Source: Mollicutes bacterium
GTDB taxonomy: Bacteria > Bacillota_I > Bacilli_A > RF39 > UBA660
Length of the DNA: 40,704 nucleotides
Direction: 5' to 3'
Assembly (NCBI GenBank): GCA_012520055.1
Contig: JAAYPA010000011.1
Location: forward strand, 1-40,704
In this document: piece after piece, positions 1 through 8,783 of the stretch
Numbering within the stretch: position 1 is the first letter of the stretch
Layout of the letters: every line of letters begins with the position of its first letter
Translations under genes and position numbers: made by a program
The notes under the pieces: generated by a model
What the model was told of the DNA's origin: nothing
Databases searched by the model: none
The model's input: the letters and a program-made list of their open reading frames with translations, nothing else

Positions 1-458
1 ATGTTGCTTATGGTGATAGCGATAACAAAGATAATCGTGATAAATTAAAAAGAGCTATAGAAATAGCTCAAGCTAAAGATTTTGTGGAAAATATGGATGA
101 TAAATATGATTCCCATATTGCTAGAGGAGGAACTAATGTATCCGGAGGCCAAAAACAAAGATTATCGATAGCTAGAGCTATAATGCGTGAACCCGAAATA
201 TATTTATTTGATGATACTTTTTCTGCACTTGATTATAAAACTGACTTAAAACTTAGACAAGAACTTAAAAATCAAACTAAAAATGCAACATGTATCATTG
301 TTTCACAAAGAATCGGAACAATTCTTCATGCTGATCAAATTTTAGTACTGGAAAAAGGAAAATGTGTTGGTCTTGGTACTCATGAAGAATTATTAAAAAA
401 ATGCAAAGTATATCGGGAAATTGCTTTATCGCAATTAAATGAAAAGGAGTTGCAATAA
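1..458 (+). CDS. ABC exporter permease/ATPase subunit, C-terminal end (gene starts left of the window)
   Basis: Frame 3 is open from base 3 (VAYGDSDNKDNRDKLKRAIEIAQAKDFVENMDD...), so the listed GTG at 84 is internal. ABC signature VSGGQKQR, Walker B IYLFDD, H-loop VSQR. Confidence 0.9.
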   Translation, partial: VAYGDSDNKDNRDKLKRAIEIAQAKDFVENMDDKYDSHIARGGTNVSGGQKQRLSIARAIMREPEIYLFDDTFSALDYKTDLKLRQELKNQTKNATCIIVSQRIGTILHADQILVLEKGKCVGLGTHEELLKKCKVYREIALSQLNEKELQ

Positions 459-2251
459 TGAGAAATAAACAAGGACCTGGCATGAACATTGGCGATAAAC
501 CTCAAAATTTTTCAAAAGCAATTAAAGAACTTATCATTTATGGAAATAAATATTGGTTTGCCGTAATATCTTGTACGATATTAGCAACTATCGGGTCTAT
601 TATTGCTATAATCGGTCCTAATAAAATTAGAGATCTTACTGATATAATTACCGAAGGTCTTATGTCCACTATTGATTTTATTCAAGTTAAAAATATTTCT
701 TTTCTTCTATTAATACTGTATTTAATAAGTACGGTTATTAACTTAATTGAAGGCTTAATGATGGCAGGGGTATCTAATAAATTTTCGAAAAATTTAAGAG
801 ATGATATTTCCCAAAAAGTTAACCGTTTACCTCTTAAATATTTTGATAATCATCAATATGGTGATATTTTATCTAGAGTTACTAATGATGTCGATACAAT
901 TAATGGGGCTCTTCAAAACAGTATTGTATCTTTAATAAGTGCTGTAGCCTTATTAATAGGATCATTAATTATGATGTTTTATACCAACTGGATTATGGCT
1001 CTTACGACGATATTTTCAACTTTAATAGGTTTTTTCCTAATGGTAGTTGTCTTAAGTAAATCTCAAAAATATTTTAATGAAAAACAAGAAGCTATGGGGG
1101 ATTTAAACGGTCATATTGAAGAAATTTATTCCAATCATAATATCGTTAAAGTATATAATGGTGAAAAAGACGCTGATATGAAATTTGATATGTTTAATGA
1201 AAGAGAATATAAAGCTAATTTAAAAAGTCAGTTTTTATCAGGAATTATGCAACCAATTATGATGTTTTCAGGTGATTTTAGTTATGTAGCTATTTGTATA
1301 GTTGGCGCAATCTTAACTAGTCACGAAGTCATTACTTTTGGAGTAATTATTGCTTTTATAATTTACATTAGAATATTTACTGGGCCTTTACGTCAGATAG
1401 CTATGGGGCTTACCCAATTACAAGGAGCAGCGGCAGCCAGTGAAAGAGTTTTTGGATTTTTAAATGAAGAAGAAATGCAAGAAGAAAAGAAAACTAAAGA
1501 ACTTAAAATAGAAGATGTTAAAGGTAATATTGAATTTAAGAATGTTAATTTTGGTTATAATTCAAATAAGTTAATTATTAAAGACTTCAGTGCTAAAGTA
1601 AAAGCTGGGCAAAAAGTTGCTATTGTCGGACCAACCGGCGCAGGGAAAACAACTTTAGTAAATTTACTGATGAAGTTTTATGATATTAGCGATGGTGAAA
1701 TTTTAATTGATGACGTTACTATTAAAGATTTAACCAGAGAAAATGTTCGAAAATTATTTATTATGGTTTTACAAGATACTTGGTTATTTGAAGGAACTAT
1801 TAGAGATAATATAGCTTATAATCATCCTAATATCAGTGATAATACTATTAAAGAGGTATGTACTAAAATTGGACTTGATCATTTTATTAAAACGATTAAT
1901 AATGGTTTAGATTATCATATTATTGATTCTGAAAGTATTTCGGCCGGTCAAAGACAATTAATAACCATAGCCCGTGGTATGATTAGTAATGCTCCATTTT
2001 TAATCTTAGATGAAGCTACCAGTAATGTTGATACCAGAACTGAAGAATTAGTCCAAAAAGCGATGGATAAACTTATGAAAGGAAGAACATCCTTTATCAT
2101 AGCCCACCGCTTATCAACTATTAAAAATGCTGATTTAATCCTTGTTATGAATGAAGGAAATATCGTTGAAAAAGGAACCCATAAAGATCTACTAAAACTT
2201 AACGGATTTTATGCTGAACTATATAATTCTCAGTTTACAAAATTAGATTAA
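458..2251 (+). CDS. ABC exporter fused permease/ATPase subunit (partner of a heterodimeric MDR-type exporter)
   Basis: 597 aa. Hydrophobic N-terminal half, Walker A GPTGAGKTT, signature ISAGQRQL, Walker B FLILDEATS, H-loop IIAHRL. The start overlaps the upstream stop (TAATG), implying translational coupling. Confidence 0.9.
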   Translation: MRNKQGPGMNIGDKPQNFSKAIKELIIYGNKYWFAVISCTILATIGSIIAIIGPNKIRDLTDIITEGLMSTIDFIQVKNISFLLLILYLISTVINLIEGLMMAGVSNKFSKNLRDDISQKVNRLPLKYFDNHQYGDILSRVTNDVDTINGALQNSIVSLISAVALLIGSLIMMFYTNWIMALTTIFSTLIGFFLMVVVLSKSQKYFNEKQEAMGDLNGHIEEIYSNHNIVKVYNGEKDADMKFDMFNEREYKANLKSQFLSGIMQPIMMFSGDFSYVAICIVGAILTSHEVITFGVIIAFIIYIRIFTGPLRQIAMGLTQLQGAAAASERVFGFLNEEEMQEEKKTKELKIEDVKGNIEFKNVNFGYNSNKLIIKDFSAKVKAGQKVAIVGPTGAGKTTLVNLLMKFYDISDGEILIDDVTIKDLTRENVRKLFIMVLQDTWLFEGTIRDNIAYNHPNISDNTIKEVCTKIGLDHFIKTINNGLDYHIIDSESISAGQRQLITIARGMISNAPFLILDEATSNVDTRTEELVQKAMDKLMKGRTSFIIAHRLSTIKNADLILVMNEGNIVEKGTHKDLLKLNGFYAELYNSQFTKLD

Positions 2252-2283
2252 AATATCTTACCAAATGTAAGATATTTTTTTTT
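2252..2283 (+). terminator. Intrinsic terminator of the ABC exporter operon
   Basis: AATATCTTAC (2252-2261) / GTAAGATATT (2267-2276), 5-nt loop, followed by a T-run to 2283. Confidence 0.7.
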
Positions 2284-2295
2284 GACAAAAAATGT
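2276..2295 (+). repeat. Left copy of a perfect 20-bp direct repeat, TTTTTTTTGACAAAAAATGT
   Basis: Identical 20-mer at 3581-3600, read directly from the sequence. Confidence 0.9.
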
Positions 2296-2312
2296 TTTTT
2301 AAATGATATAAT
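2282..2312 (+). promoter_or_regulatory. Putative promoter of the 2332 gene
   Basis: TTGACA (2282-2287), 19-nt spacer, extended -10 TGaTATAAT (2304-2312). The spacer is long, so support is moderate. Confidence 0.4.
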
Positions 2313-2331
2313 AATTACTAAGGAGATTGTA

Positions 2332-3552
2332 ATGAAAAAAATACAATTAATTACATATGAGGTTGAAGAGTATCTAGATTATTCTGAAGAAATAGAAGTT
2401 AGTAATTTTAATAATTTAAAGTCTTTAGATTTATTTGATATTAATATATTTGATTTGAACGATAATCGAATCTGGCAGAATAATATCAGTTTTACTCCTG
2501 ACATAAATATTATTTTATATAAAGATTTTAAAAGTATAAACAAGATGCTCAAAAGCAGTACTAAAGCTAAGATTCTATTTTTTCTTCCTCAAAATATTAA
2601 TTATTGCTTAATACGTACTCATGACTACTATCAATTAAAAGATATTGAAGATACGGTTTCAAAAATATTAAATTTTATTATACCTATTCAGTTCGATATT
2701 GAATATGATAATAATCTTACTAAAATTAGTAATGAGTTAATATCTTCATCTTTTTATATAATAAATAACAATTATGAAATAATTACAAAAGCTGAAAGTA
2801 GTGAAAAAATAACCACTATAAAAAAAGATAATATCATTGTTTCTACACTAAAAATAATAGATAAAAATAATAATAATATATTAAATCATTATTTAAATGA
2901 AATAGGTTTAATATCATATGAGCCAACATATCCTGAATGGTTATATAGTTTTAATTTTTTTGATGATCAAACACAAAGAAATAACATAACACAAGCGAAA
3001 AAACAAATTTTGATTCAAGAGAAAATAATTGAAGAAGCGTATTATAAATTAAATCAAAATTTAAAATACAAAAGTATATTATGCTCTACATCAAAGGAGC
3101 TCATAACAGTTGTATTTGAAATATTAGAATTTATTTTTGATATTTCCTTATCTGATTCTAAAGATGAATTAAATGAAGATTTTTTAATAAAAAAAGACAA
3201 TATTACTTATATAGGAGAAATAAAAGGTGTTAACAGTAATGTAAAAAATGAACACATAGGTCAAGTAGATAACCATTATTTGAAATACTTAGATAAATTG
3301 GAATCAACAGACGAAGTTGAAAACTTAAAAAAAATCTTAATAATAAATTTTGAAAGAGAAAGAGATGTGTTGAATCGAAATGAGGTACATCAAAAGCAAA
3401 TTGAGATGGCCAACAAAAGACAGGTTTTGATTATAGATACAGTGAGCTTACTAAAGATTTATGAAAAATTATTAAATGAGGATTTATCAAAAGATAAAGT
3501 AATAGAGTATATTAATAATAATGTCGGGTTAGTGGAAATAAATAAGATTTGA
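2332..3552 (+). CDS. Orphan 406-aa protein with a C-terminal PD-(D/E)xK nuclease-like motif
   Basis: AAGGAG lies 6 nt upstream of the ATG, and the gene has its own terminator. I recognise no family for residues 1-250, and residues about 215-250 look coiled-coil. Residues 283-298 read D-FLIKKDNITYIG-E-I-K (D-x12-E-x-K), followed by Q311...Y316. Confidence 0.6.
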   Translation: MKKIQLITYEVEEYLDYSEEIEVSNFNNLKSLDLFDINIFDLNDNRIWQNNISFTPDINIILYKDFKSINKMLKSSTKAKILFFLPQNINYCLIRTHDYYQLKDIEDTVSKILNFIIPIQFDIEYDNNLTKISNELISSSFYIINNNYEIITKAESSEKITTIKKDNIIVSTLKIIDKNNNNILNHYLNEIGLISYEPTYPEWLYSFNFFDDQTQRNNITQAKKQILIQEKIIEEAYYKLNQNLKYKSILCSTSKELITVVFEILEFIFDISLSDSKDELNEDFLIKKDNITYIGEIKGVNSNVKNEHIGQVDNHYLKYLDKLESTDEVENLKKILIINFERERDVLNRNEVHQKQIEMANKRQVLIIDTVSLLKIYEKLLNEDLSKDKVIEYINNNVGLVEINKI

Positions 3553-3558
3553 GTAAAA

Positions 3559-3588
3559 AATAATAGGAAATGTTCTATTATTTTTTTT
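3559..3588 (+). terminator. Intrinsic terminator of the 2332 gene
   Basis: AATAATAG (3559-3566) / CTATTATT (3575-3582), 8-nt loop, T-run to 3588. Confidence 0.6.
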
Positions 3589-3600
3589 GACAAAAAATGT
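3581..3600 (+). repeat. Right copy of the perfect 20-bp direct repeat, TTTTTTTTGACAAAAAATGT
   Basis: Identical to 2276-2295; the copies are 1305 bp apart. Confidence 0.9.
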
Positions 3601-3640
3601 GTAAAGTCATAAAAAAATACAAGAAAATTTTTAAAACATA

Positions 3641-3669
3641 TTGATTATTTTAGTTATCTAATGTAATAT
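3641..3669 (+). promoter_or_regulatory. Putative mraZ (dcw) promoter
   Basis: TTGATT (3641-3646), 17-nt spacer, TAATAT (3664-3669) preceded by TG. Confidence 0.5.
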
Positions 3670-3670
3670 A

Positions 3671-3705
3671 GTGGTAGACAGTGACATGATGTGGAAGAAA
3701 GTGGG
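3671..3705 (+). promoter_or_regulatory. MraZ operator: four direct GTG(G/A) repeats with 10-bp phasing
   Basis: GTGGTAGACA GTGACATGAT GTGGAAGAAA GTGGGGGATT starts directly after the -10 and runs into the mraZ RBS. The last unit reads AAAGTGG. Confidence 0.6.
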
Positions 3706-3713
3706 GGATTTCG

Positions 3714-4157
3714 ATGTTAATGGGAGAATATCACCATAACATTGATGATAAGGGGCGCCTTATCATTCCTAGTAAGTTTAGATACGAACTAGGCGAAAAA
3801 TTTATAGTCACCCGTGGTTTAGATAAATGTTTATTCGTTTATTCTAATACCGAGTGGGACAAAATAGTTAGTAAACTAAAAAGCTTACCGTTTACGAATA
3901 AAGACGCTCGAAACTTTACCCGTTTCTTCTTATCAGGTGCTGCTGAATGTGAATTCGACCGACAAGGTAGAATTAACATTACCTCCCCATTGGTTAGTTA
4001 CGCCGATTTAACGAAAGAATGCGTTATAATCGGCGCAAATGACCGCCTTGAAATATGGTCAAAAGAATCATGGGATGAATTTTTATCAAAAAATGAAGAC
4101 AGCTTAGCAGACATAGCCGAAAATCTATTTGCATCAGGTCCGTATGAAACATTATAG
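3714..4157 (+). CDS. mraZ: Transcriptional regulator MraZ
   Basis: 147 aa. [23 protein letters not shown] plus a second SpoVT/AbrB-like repeat ([12 protein letters not shown]). First gene of the dcw cluster. Confidence 0.95.
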   Translation: MLMGEYHHNIDDKGRLIIPSKFRYELGEKFIVTRGLDKCLFVYSNTEWDKIVSKLKSLPFTNKDARNFTRFFLSGAAECEFDRQGRINITSPLVSYADLTKECVIIGANDRLEIWSKESWDEFLSKNEDSLADIAENLFASGPYETL

Positions 4158-5067
4158 TGTTTTAAAAAATGAAGTAATTGAAGGATTAAATATTAATCCT
4201 GAAGGTATATATATTGATGCAACACTCGGTTATGGAGGTCATTCTGAAGAAATTTTGAAGCGATTAAGAAGGGGTTTCCTATTCGCCTTTGACCAAGATG
4301 AAGATGCCATTCATTTTGGTCAACAAAGACTATCTAAAGTTAGTAATAACTTTAAAATAATATATGATAATTTTGAAAACCTAAAGGAATGCCTAAATAA
4401 AGAAGGTATTACCAAAGTAGATGGTATCGTCTTTGATTTAGGATTGTCCAGTCCACAAATTGATGAAACAGATAGAGGATTTACCTTTATGAAGGACGCA
4501 CCTTTAGATATGAGAATGGATAAACAAAAAAAGCTAACAGCAGAGATAGTAATAAATAATTATAGTTTAGAGGATTTAATTAATATATTCTTCACTTACG
4601 GTGAAGAAAAATTTTCTAAAACTATAGCTAAAAATATAATAGAATATCGTAAAAAACAAAAAATAACTCATACTAAAGAATTAGTAGAAATTATTAAATC
4701 TTCGGTACCAATTAAATACTTCCTTAATAATCATCCGGAAAGACAAATATTTCAAGCTATCAGAATCGAAGTAAATAATGAACTCAAAGTTTTGGAAAAA
4801 GCCTTAGAAGAAGCGATAATGCTTCTAAATCCTCAAGGAAGGATATGTGTTATTTCCTTTCATTCCTTAGAAGATCGAATTGTTAAGCAAATATTTAAAA
4901 AATATAGTGAAATAAATAAATTAGTTAAAGGTTTACCGGTAATACCGGATGAATATAAGCCATTAATTAGATTAGTGATAAATAAACCGATTGTGGCAAC
5001 TGAGAAAGAACTTGCCGAAAACAGCCGAAGTAAAAGTGCTAAATTAAGAATCATAGAGAGGTTATAG
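4144..5067 (+). CDS. rsmH: 16S rRNA (cytosine1402-N4)-methyltransferase RsmH
   Basis: [10 protein letters not shown] and [10 protein letters not shown] motifs. I chose the ATG at 4144 (MKHYSVL...) over the TTG at 4129 given in the ORF track. Overlaps the mraZ stop by 14 nt. Confidence 0.92.
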   Translation: MKHYSVLKNEVIEGLNINPEGIYIDATLGYGGHSEEILKRLRRGFLFAFDQDEDAIHFGQQRLSKVSNNFKIIYDNFENLKECLNKEGITKVDGIVFDLGLSSPQIDETDRGFTFMKDAPLDMRMDKQKKLTAEIVINNYSLEDLINIFFTYGEEKFSKTIAKNIIEYRKKQKITHTKELVEIIKSSVPIKYFLNNHPERQIFQAIRIEVNNELKVLEKALEEAIMLLNPQGRICVISFHSLEDRIVKQIFKKYSEINKLVKGLPVIPDEYKPLIRLVINKPIVATEKELAENSRSKSAKLRIIERL

Positions 5068-5069
5068 AC

Positions 5070-5357
5070 ATGGTAAAGACTAAAAAATTAAAACTAAATA
5101 AAATTGATAAAGTAATGATAACTATTTTGTTATTATTAGTTTTAATCAGTCCTTTAGTTGTAGTCTTTTCCAAGAGTATCCTTTCCAGAAGTAATATAGA
5201 AGTAGAAAAAATCAAAGCTAAAGTTGAAAAACAAGATACTATCAACGAAAGCTTAACTATGAAGATAAATGAACTGGCAAGTCTTTCCAATATCCAAGAC
5301 ATTGCAAAAGAGTATGGACTTTCTTATATTAATGATAATATAATAGTAATTAAATAG
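5070..5357 (+). CDS. ftsL: Cell division protein FtsL-like
   Basis: 95 aa. Basic N-terminus, one TM (ITILLLLVLISPLVVVF) and a coiled-coil ectodomain, in the conserved slot between rsmH and the class B PBP. Confidence 0.7.
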   Translation: MVKTKKLKLNKIDKVMITILLLLVLISPLVVVFSKSILSRSNIEVEKIKAKVEKQDTINESLTMKINELASLSNIQDIAKEYGLSYINDNIIVIK

Positions 5358-5368
5358 TTGGTGATAAT

Positions 5369-7516
5369 ATGAAACAAAAGAACAATTGCGTTAAATTAAA
5401 CGAGTATTTTTTAATCGTAATTGTTCTTTTATTTGTCCTAATTGCGATTAAAATAGTGTATGTAGCGGTAAGTCCTACCGTAGATGGAATTGATTTAAAA
5501 GCTTTGGCGTTATCAAATCGTACTGCCGAAAAAATTATCAGATCAAAAAGAGGATCTATTTATGATGCCAATAATGAAGTTTTAGCTCAAGATGTTAAAT
5601 CTTATACAGTTATAGCTTATTTAGAAGAATCAAGAACTACTGATCCTGATAATCCCAATCATGTAATTGAGAAAGAAAGAACTTCTCAAGAATTAAGTCC
5701 TTTACTTAATATGAGTGCTGAATATATTTTAAGTCTTTTAAAGAAGGAAAACTTATATCAAGTGGAATTAGGTCCGGGAGGAAGAGGGATTACCGAGTTA
5801 AAAAAACAAGCTATTGAAGCTTTAGACTTACCGGGTATTGATTTTATTGAAGATTCTAAAAGAGATTATCCCAATGGTGATTTTGCTTCCTATATTATCG
5901 GTTATGCTAGGAGAAATGATCAAGGTCAAATAGCTGGAGAAATGGGCATTGAAGCAAAATTCGATGAAAAATTAAAGGGACAAAATGGTAAAATAATTTA
6001 CGAAAAGGACGCTTACGGCTATAAAATGGCCGGAAAACCGGAAATGGTAACTCCGGCAGTCAACGGTTATGATATTTATTTAACTCTGGATTCTAATATT
6101 CAAATGTACTTAGAAAATTTTATAATGGAATTAGAAGGATATAATATCGATTGGGCCACAATTACTATAGCTGATGCTAAAACCGGTGCTATAGTCGGAT
6201 CAGCCTCAACTCCAAGTTTTAATCCTAATATTCTCGAAATTAAAAATTATAATAACCCTTTAACTTCATATATCTATGAACCAGGTTCAACCATGAAAAT
6301 ATTTTCCTTTATGGCAGCTATTGAAAATGGCCTCTATAACGGTGAAGAAACTTATCCATCAGGTAATATTATCGTTGATAATTTTAAAATAAGTGACTGG
6401 AATACCCATGGTTGGGGAACAATTACTTTTGATACCGGTTTTACTTATTCATCTAATACTGCCGCGGTAAGATTAGCCCAAAGATTAGGTAAAGATAAAT
6501 TAACAGACTTTTATGAAAAACTAGGATTTGCTCAAAAAACTGGTATTGAACTTCCTAATGAGTATAATGGGGAAGTTGGAATGGTTTATGAATCGGAACT
6601 GGCCAGTGCTTCTTACGGTCAAGGTATTACTGCTACACCAATTCAAAATATTCAAGCATTAACTTCTTTAACCAATAATGGTATTACTATGAAACCATAT
6701 ATTATCGCTAAAATAGTTGATCCTGATACCGGAGAAGTAATTTATGAAGGTAAAAAGACCGAAGTAAATAAAGTAGCCAGTGAAGATACCATTAAAAAAA
6801 TATTAGATTTAATGGATTTAACGGTTAATACCAAAGATCCGGTAGCTACTGGTAAATCATATCATACTGATGTTTTAACTTTAGTAGGTAAAACCGGTAC
6901 CGCTCAATATACGATGGCCAATGGTAAATATACTTCCGGATCATATAAAAATATTAGATCATTTTCCGGAGTATTTCCAAAAGACAATCCAGAATATATT
7001 ATTTATTTATCTGTAAAAGATTTTGGTGGTACAGCTACTAATTTAGGTAATTTAACTAAGTCAGTTGTAGAATCCATTGCTAAATATAAGAATATTGAAG
7101 ATCGTGAATCTGATACTGATCAAACAAAAATTATTACCATAAATAACTATATTAATCGTTCTAAAAACAGTGTCATAAGTGAATTAGAATCCCAAGGTTT
7201 AATTCCGATTGTTGTTGGTAACGGAGAAACAATCATTCGTCAATCTTTGAGTAAAAATACCAAAGTAATTATTGGCACTAAAGTATTTTTAATGACTAAT
7301 GCTGCAGAATATATTATGCCGAAGGCAATTGGTTGGAATAGTAGTGAAATAATTAGCTTGGCAAATTTACTAAAAATAAAATATAATATAAGTGGTTATG
7401 GCAAGGTAAGTAATCTTTCCATTGCCCCGGGTAGTATAATTGATTTAAATAGTGTATTAGAAATTACTTTAGATAATAGGAGTGTAGTAAATGAAAAAGA
7501 AAATAAAACAAACTAA
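5369..7516 (+). CDS. Class B penicillin-binding protein (PBP2B/FtsI/SpoVD type) with C-terminal PASTA repeats
   Basis: 715 aa. N-terminal TM, SxxK (STMK), SxN (SSN) and KTG (KTGT) motifs, and two PASTA-like repeats at the C-terminus. Confidence 0.92.
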   Translation: MKQKNNCVKLNEYFLIVIVLLFVLIAIKIVYVAVSPTVDGIDLKALALSNRTAEKIIRSKRGSIYDANNEVLAQDVKSYTVIAYLEESRTTDPDNPNHVIEKERTSQELSPLLNMSAEYILSLLKKENLYQVELGPGGRGITELKKQAIEALDLPGIDFIEDSKRDYPNGDFASYIIGYARRNDQGQIAGEMGIEAKFDEKLKGQNGKIIYEKDAYGYKMAGKPEMVTPAVNGYDIYLTLDSNIQMYLENFIMELEGYNIDWATITIADAKTGAIVGSASTPSFNPNILEIKNYNNPLTSYIYEPGSTMKIFSFMAAIENGLYNGEETYPSGNIIVDNFKISDWNTHGWGTITFDTGFTYSSNTAAVRLAQRLGKDKLTDFYEKLGFAQKTGIELPNEYNGEVGMVYESELASASYGQGITATPIQNIQALTSLTNNGITMKPYIIAKIVDPDTGEVIYEGKKTEVNKVASEDTIKKILDLMDLTVNTKDPVATGKSYHTDVLTLVGKTGTAQYTMANGKYTSGSYKNIRSFSGVFPKDNPEYIIYLSVKDFGGTATNLGNLTKSVVESIAKYKNIEDRESDTDQTKIITINNYINRSKNSVISELESQGLIPIVVGNGETIIRQSLSKNTKVIIGTKVFLMTNAAEYIMPKAIGWNSSEIISLANLLKIKYNISGYGKVSNLSIAPGSIIDLNSVLEITLDNRSVVNEKENKTN

Positions 7517-8018
7517 ATCATTTTTAAATTCACCTCATGTAGTCTTGATACCTTTAATTATCATCAACTTTATGTTGCTCTATTTAGGTTATCACCTAAT
7601 GAAAACAGATGATACATATATGTTTAGTGGCACCGGAGATTATGTTAATATTTTAAATGGGGTAGTTAGTTTAAATTATGATATTAATTTATTTGAAGGC
7701 TCAAGTATAGAATATACGAAAGAAAAAGATGTATTAGTAACTGAATATAAGGCGGGTTATTATATAGTAATAGATGATACTCTTGTGCCTTTTCTTACTA
7801 AAACAAATAAAAATTCCCAAGGAGAATCATTAAAACAAATTTTAGAAGAAGAAAAAGCCTTTACTTTAACTGAACCATATACACGTAAGGAATTCTTTAC
7901 CAAAGATGTAAAAAAAGCTTTTGACAATGGATTATTCTTCATAGTAGAAGCAAAAACTAAAAATAATGAAGAAATCTTAGATAAAATAGAAATAAGTATT
8001 TCCAAGATATCGAAATGA
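7491..8018 (+). CDS. Hypothetical membrane-anchored protein
   Basis: 175 aa. AGGAG lies 8 nt upstream, there is one N-terminal TM, and the ORF overlaps the PBP stop by 26 nt. No family recognised. Confidence 0.6.
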   Translation: MKKKIKQTKSFLNSPHVVLIPLIIINFMLLYLGYHLMKTDDTYMFSGTGDYVNILNGVVSLNYDINLFEGSSIEYTKEKDVLVTEYKAGYYIVIDDTLVPFLTKTNKNSQGESLKQILEEEKAFTLTEPYTRKEFFTKDVKKAFDNGLFFIVEAKTKNNEEILDKIEISISKISK

Positions 8019-8029
8019 TATCTTTTTTT
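8004..8029 (+). terminator. Intrinsic terminator ending the dcw transcription unit
   Basis: AAGATATC (8004-8011) / GATATCTT (8017-8024) followed by a T-run. The stop codon lies in the loop. Confidence 0.65.
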
Positions 8030-8120
8030 ATGCAATTAGATAATCTAATTACGCAGATTATCAAACCTTTAATAGTATAAAGTGTAAGATATATATTTAT
8101 CTTATTTTAGCGGAGAATAG

Positions 8121-8432
8121 GTGATAAATATAAATAATGAATTTGAGATAGTTGAAAGACTTACAGCTGTAGAAGAAAGAGAAAAGATAAATAGTCACAG
8201 ATTAAATACTCATGAAAAAGAAATAAAAGATATTAGTGGTATCCTTATATCCATTAAAGAAATAACTTTAGAAATTAAATATATGCGTAAAGATATGTTT
8301 GATGTAGTGGAAAGACTAAAAGAACTGGAAAGTATACCAAAAAACCGCTGGAATGAATTAATTAAGACCATTATTACCATCATAGTGACAGCTTTAAGTA
8401 CTTTTATTTTAGTTAAATTAGGAATCAAATAG
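8121..8432 (+). CDS. XhlA-like lysis-associated membrane protein
   Basis: 103 aa with a GTG start 5 nt after GGAG. N-terminal coiled coil (VERLTAVEEREKINSHRLNTHEKEIKDI) and one C-terminal TM. Sits directly upstream of a holin. Confidence 0.55.
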   Translation: MININNEFEIVERLTAVEEREKINSHRLNTHEKEIKDISGILISIKEITLEIKYMRKDMFDVVERLKELESIPKNRWNELIKTIITIIVTALSTFILVKLGIK

Positions 8433-8437
8433 AAAGG

Positions 8438-8671
8438 GTGATTAATATCAGCAATAAAACTTATGATGTTTTAAAATTTATAGCGCAAATAGTCTTGCCC
8501 GCTTTAGCATCATTATACTTTGCATTATCTTCAATTTGGAAACTACCATATTCTGAAGAAATTGTCGGAACAATCAGTGTGATTATTACTTTTCTTGGAA
8601 CTATTTTAAAAGTATCAAGTGATACTTATTATGCATATCTTAAGAAAGAAAAGGAAGTTACTTATGAATAA
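8438..8671 (+). CDS. Phage holin (Dp-1/phage_holin_1-like)
   Basis: 77 aa. NKTYDVLKFIAQIVLPALASLYFAL...WKLPYSEEIVGT resembles the Dp-1-type holin N-terminus. Two TM segments. Confidence 0.6.
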   Translation: MINISNKTYDVLKFIAQIVLPALASLYFALSSIWKLPYSEEIVGTISVIITFLGTILKVSSDTYYAYLKKEKEVTYE

Positions 8672-8783
8672 AAAATTAACTGAGGAAGAATATGATACTT
8701 TATTAAATTTAGAAGAAATTGAAACCGAAGAAATATTTGATGATACACATCTAGCCAATCACGAGGTTACCGAAAATGATTAA
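8664..8783 (+). CDS. Possible 39-aa acidic peptide within the lysis cassette
   Basis: MNKKLTEEEYDTLLNLEEIETEEIFDDTHLANHEVTEND. Its ATG overlaps the holin stop and its stop overlaps the endolysin ATG, so all three are coupled. Too short for the ORF track. Confidence 0.3.
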   Translation: MNKKLTEEEYDTLLNLEEIETEEIFDDTHLANHEVTEND

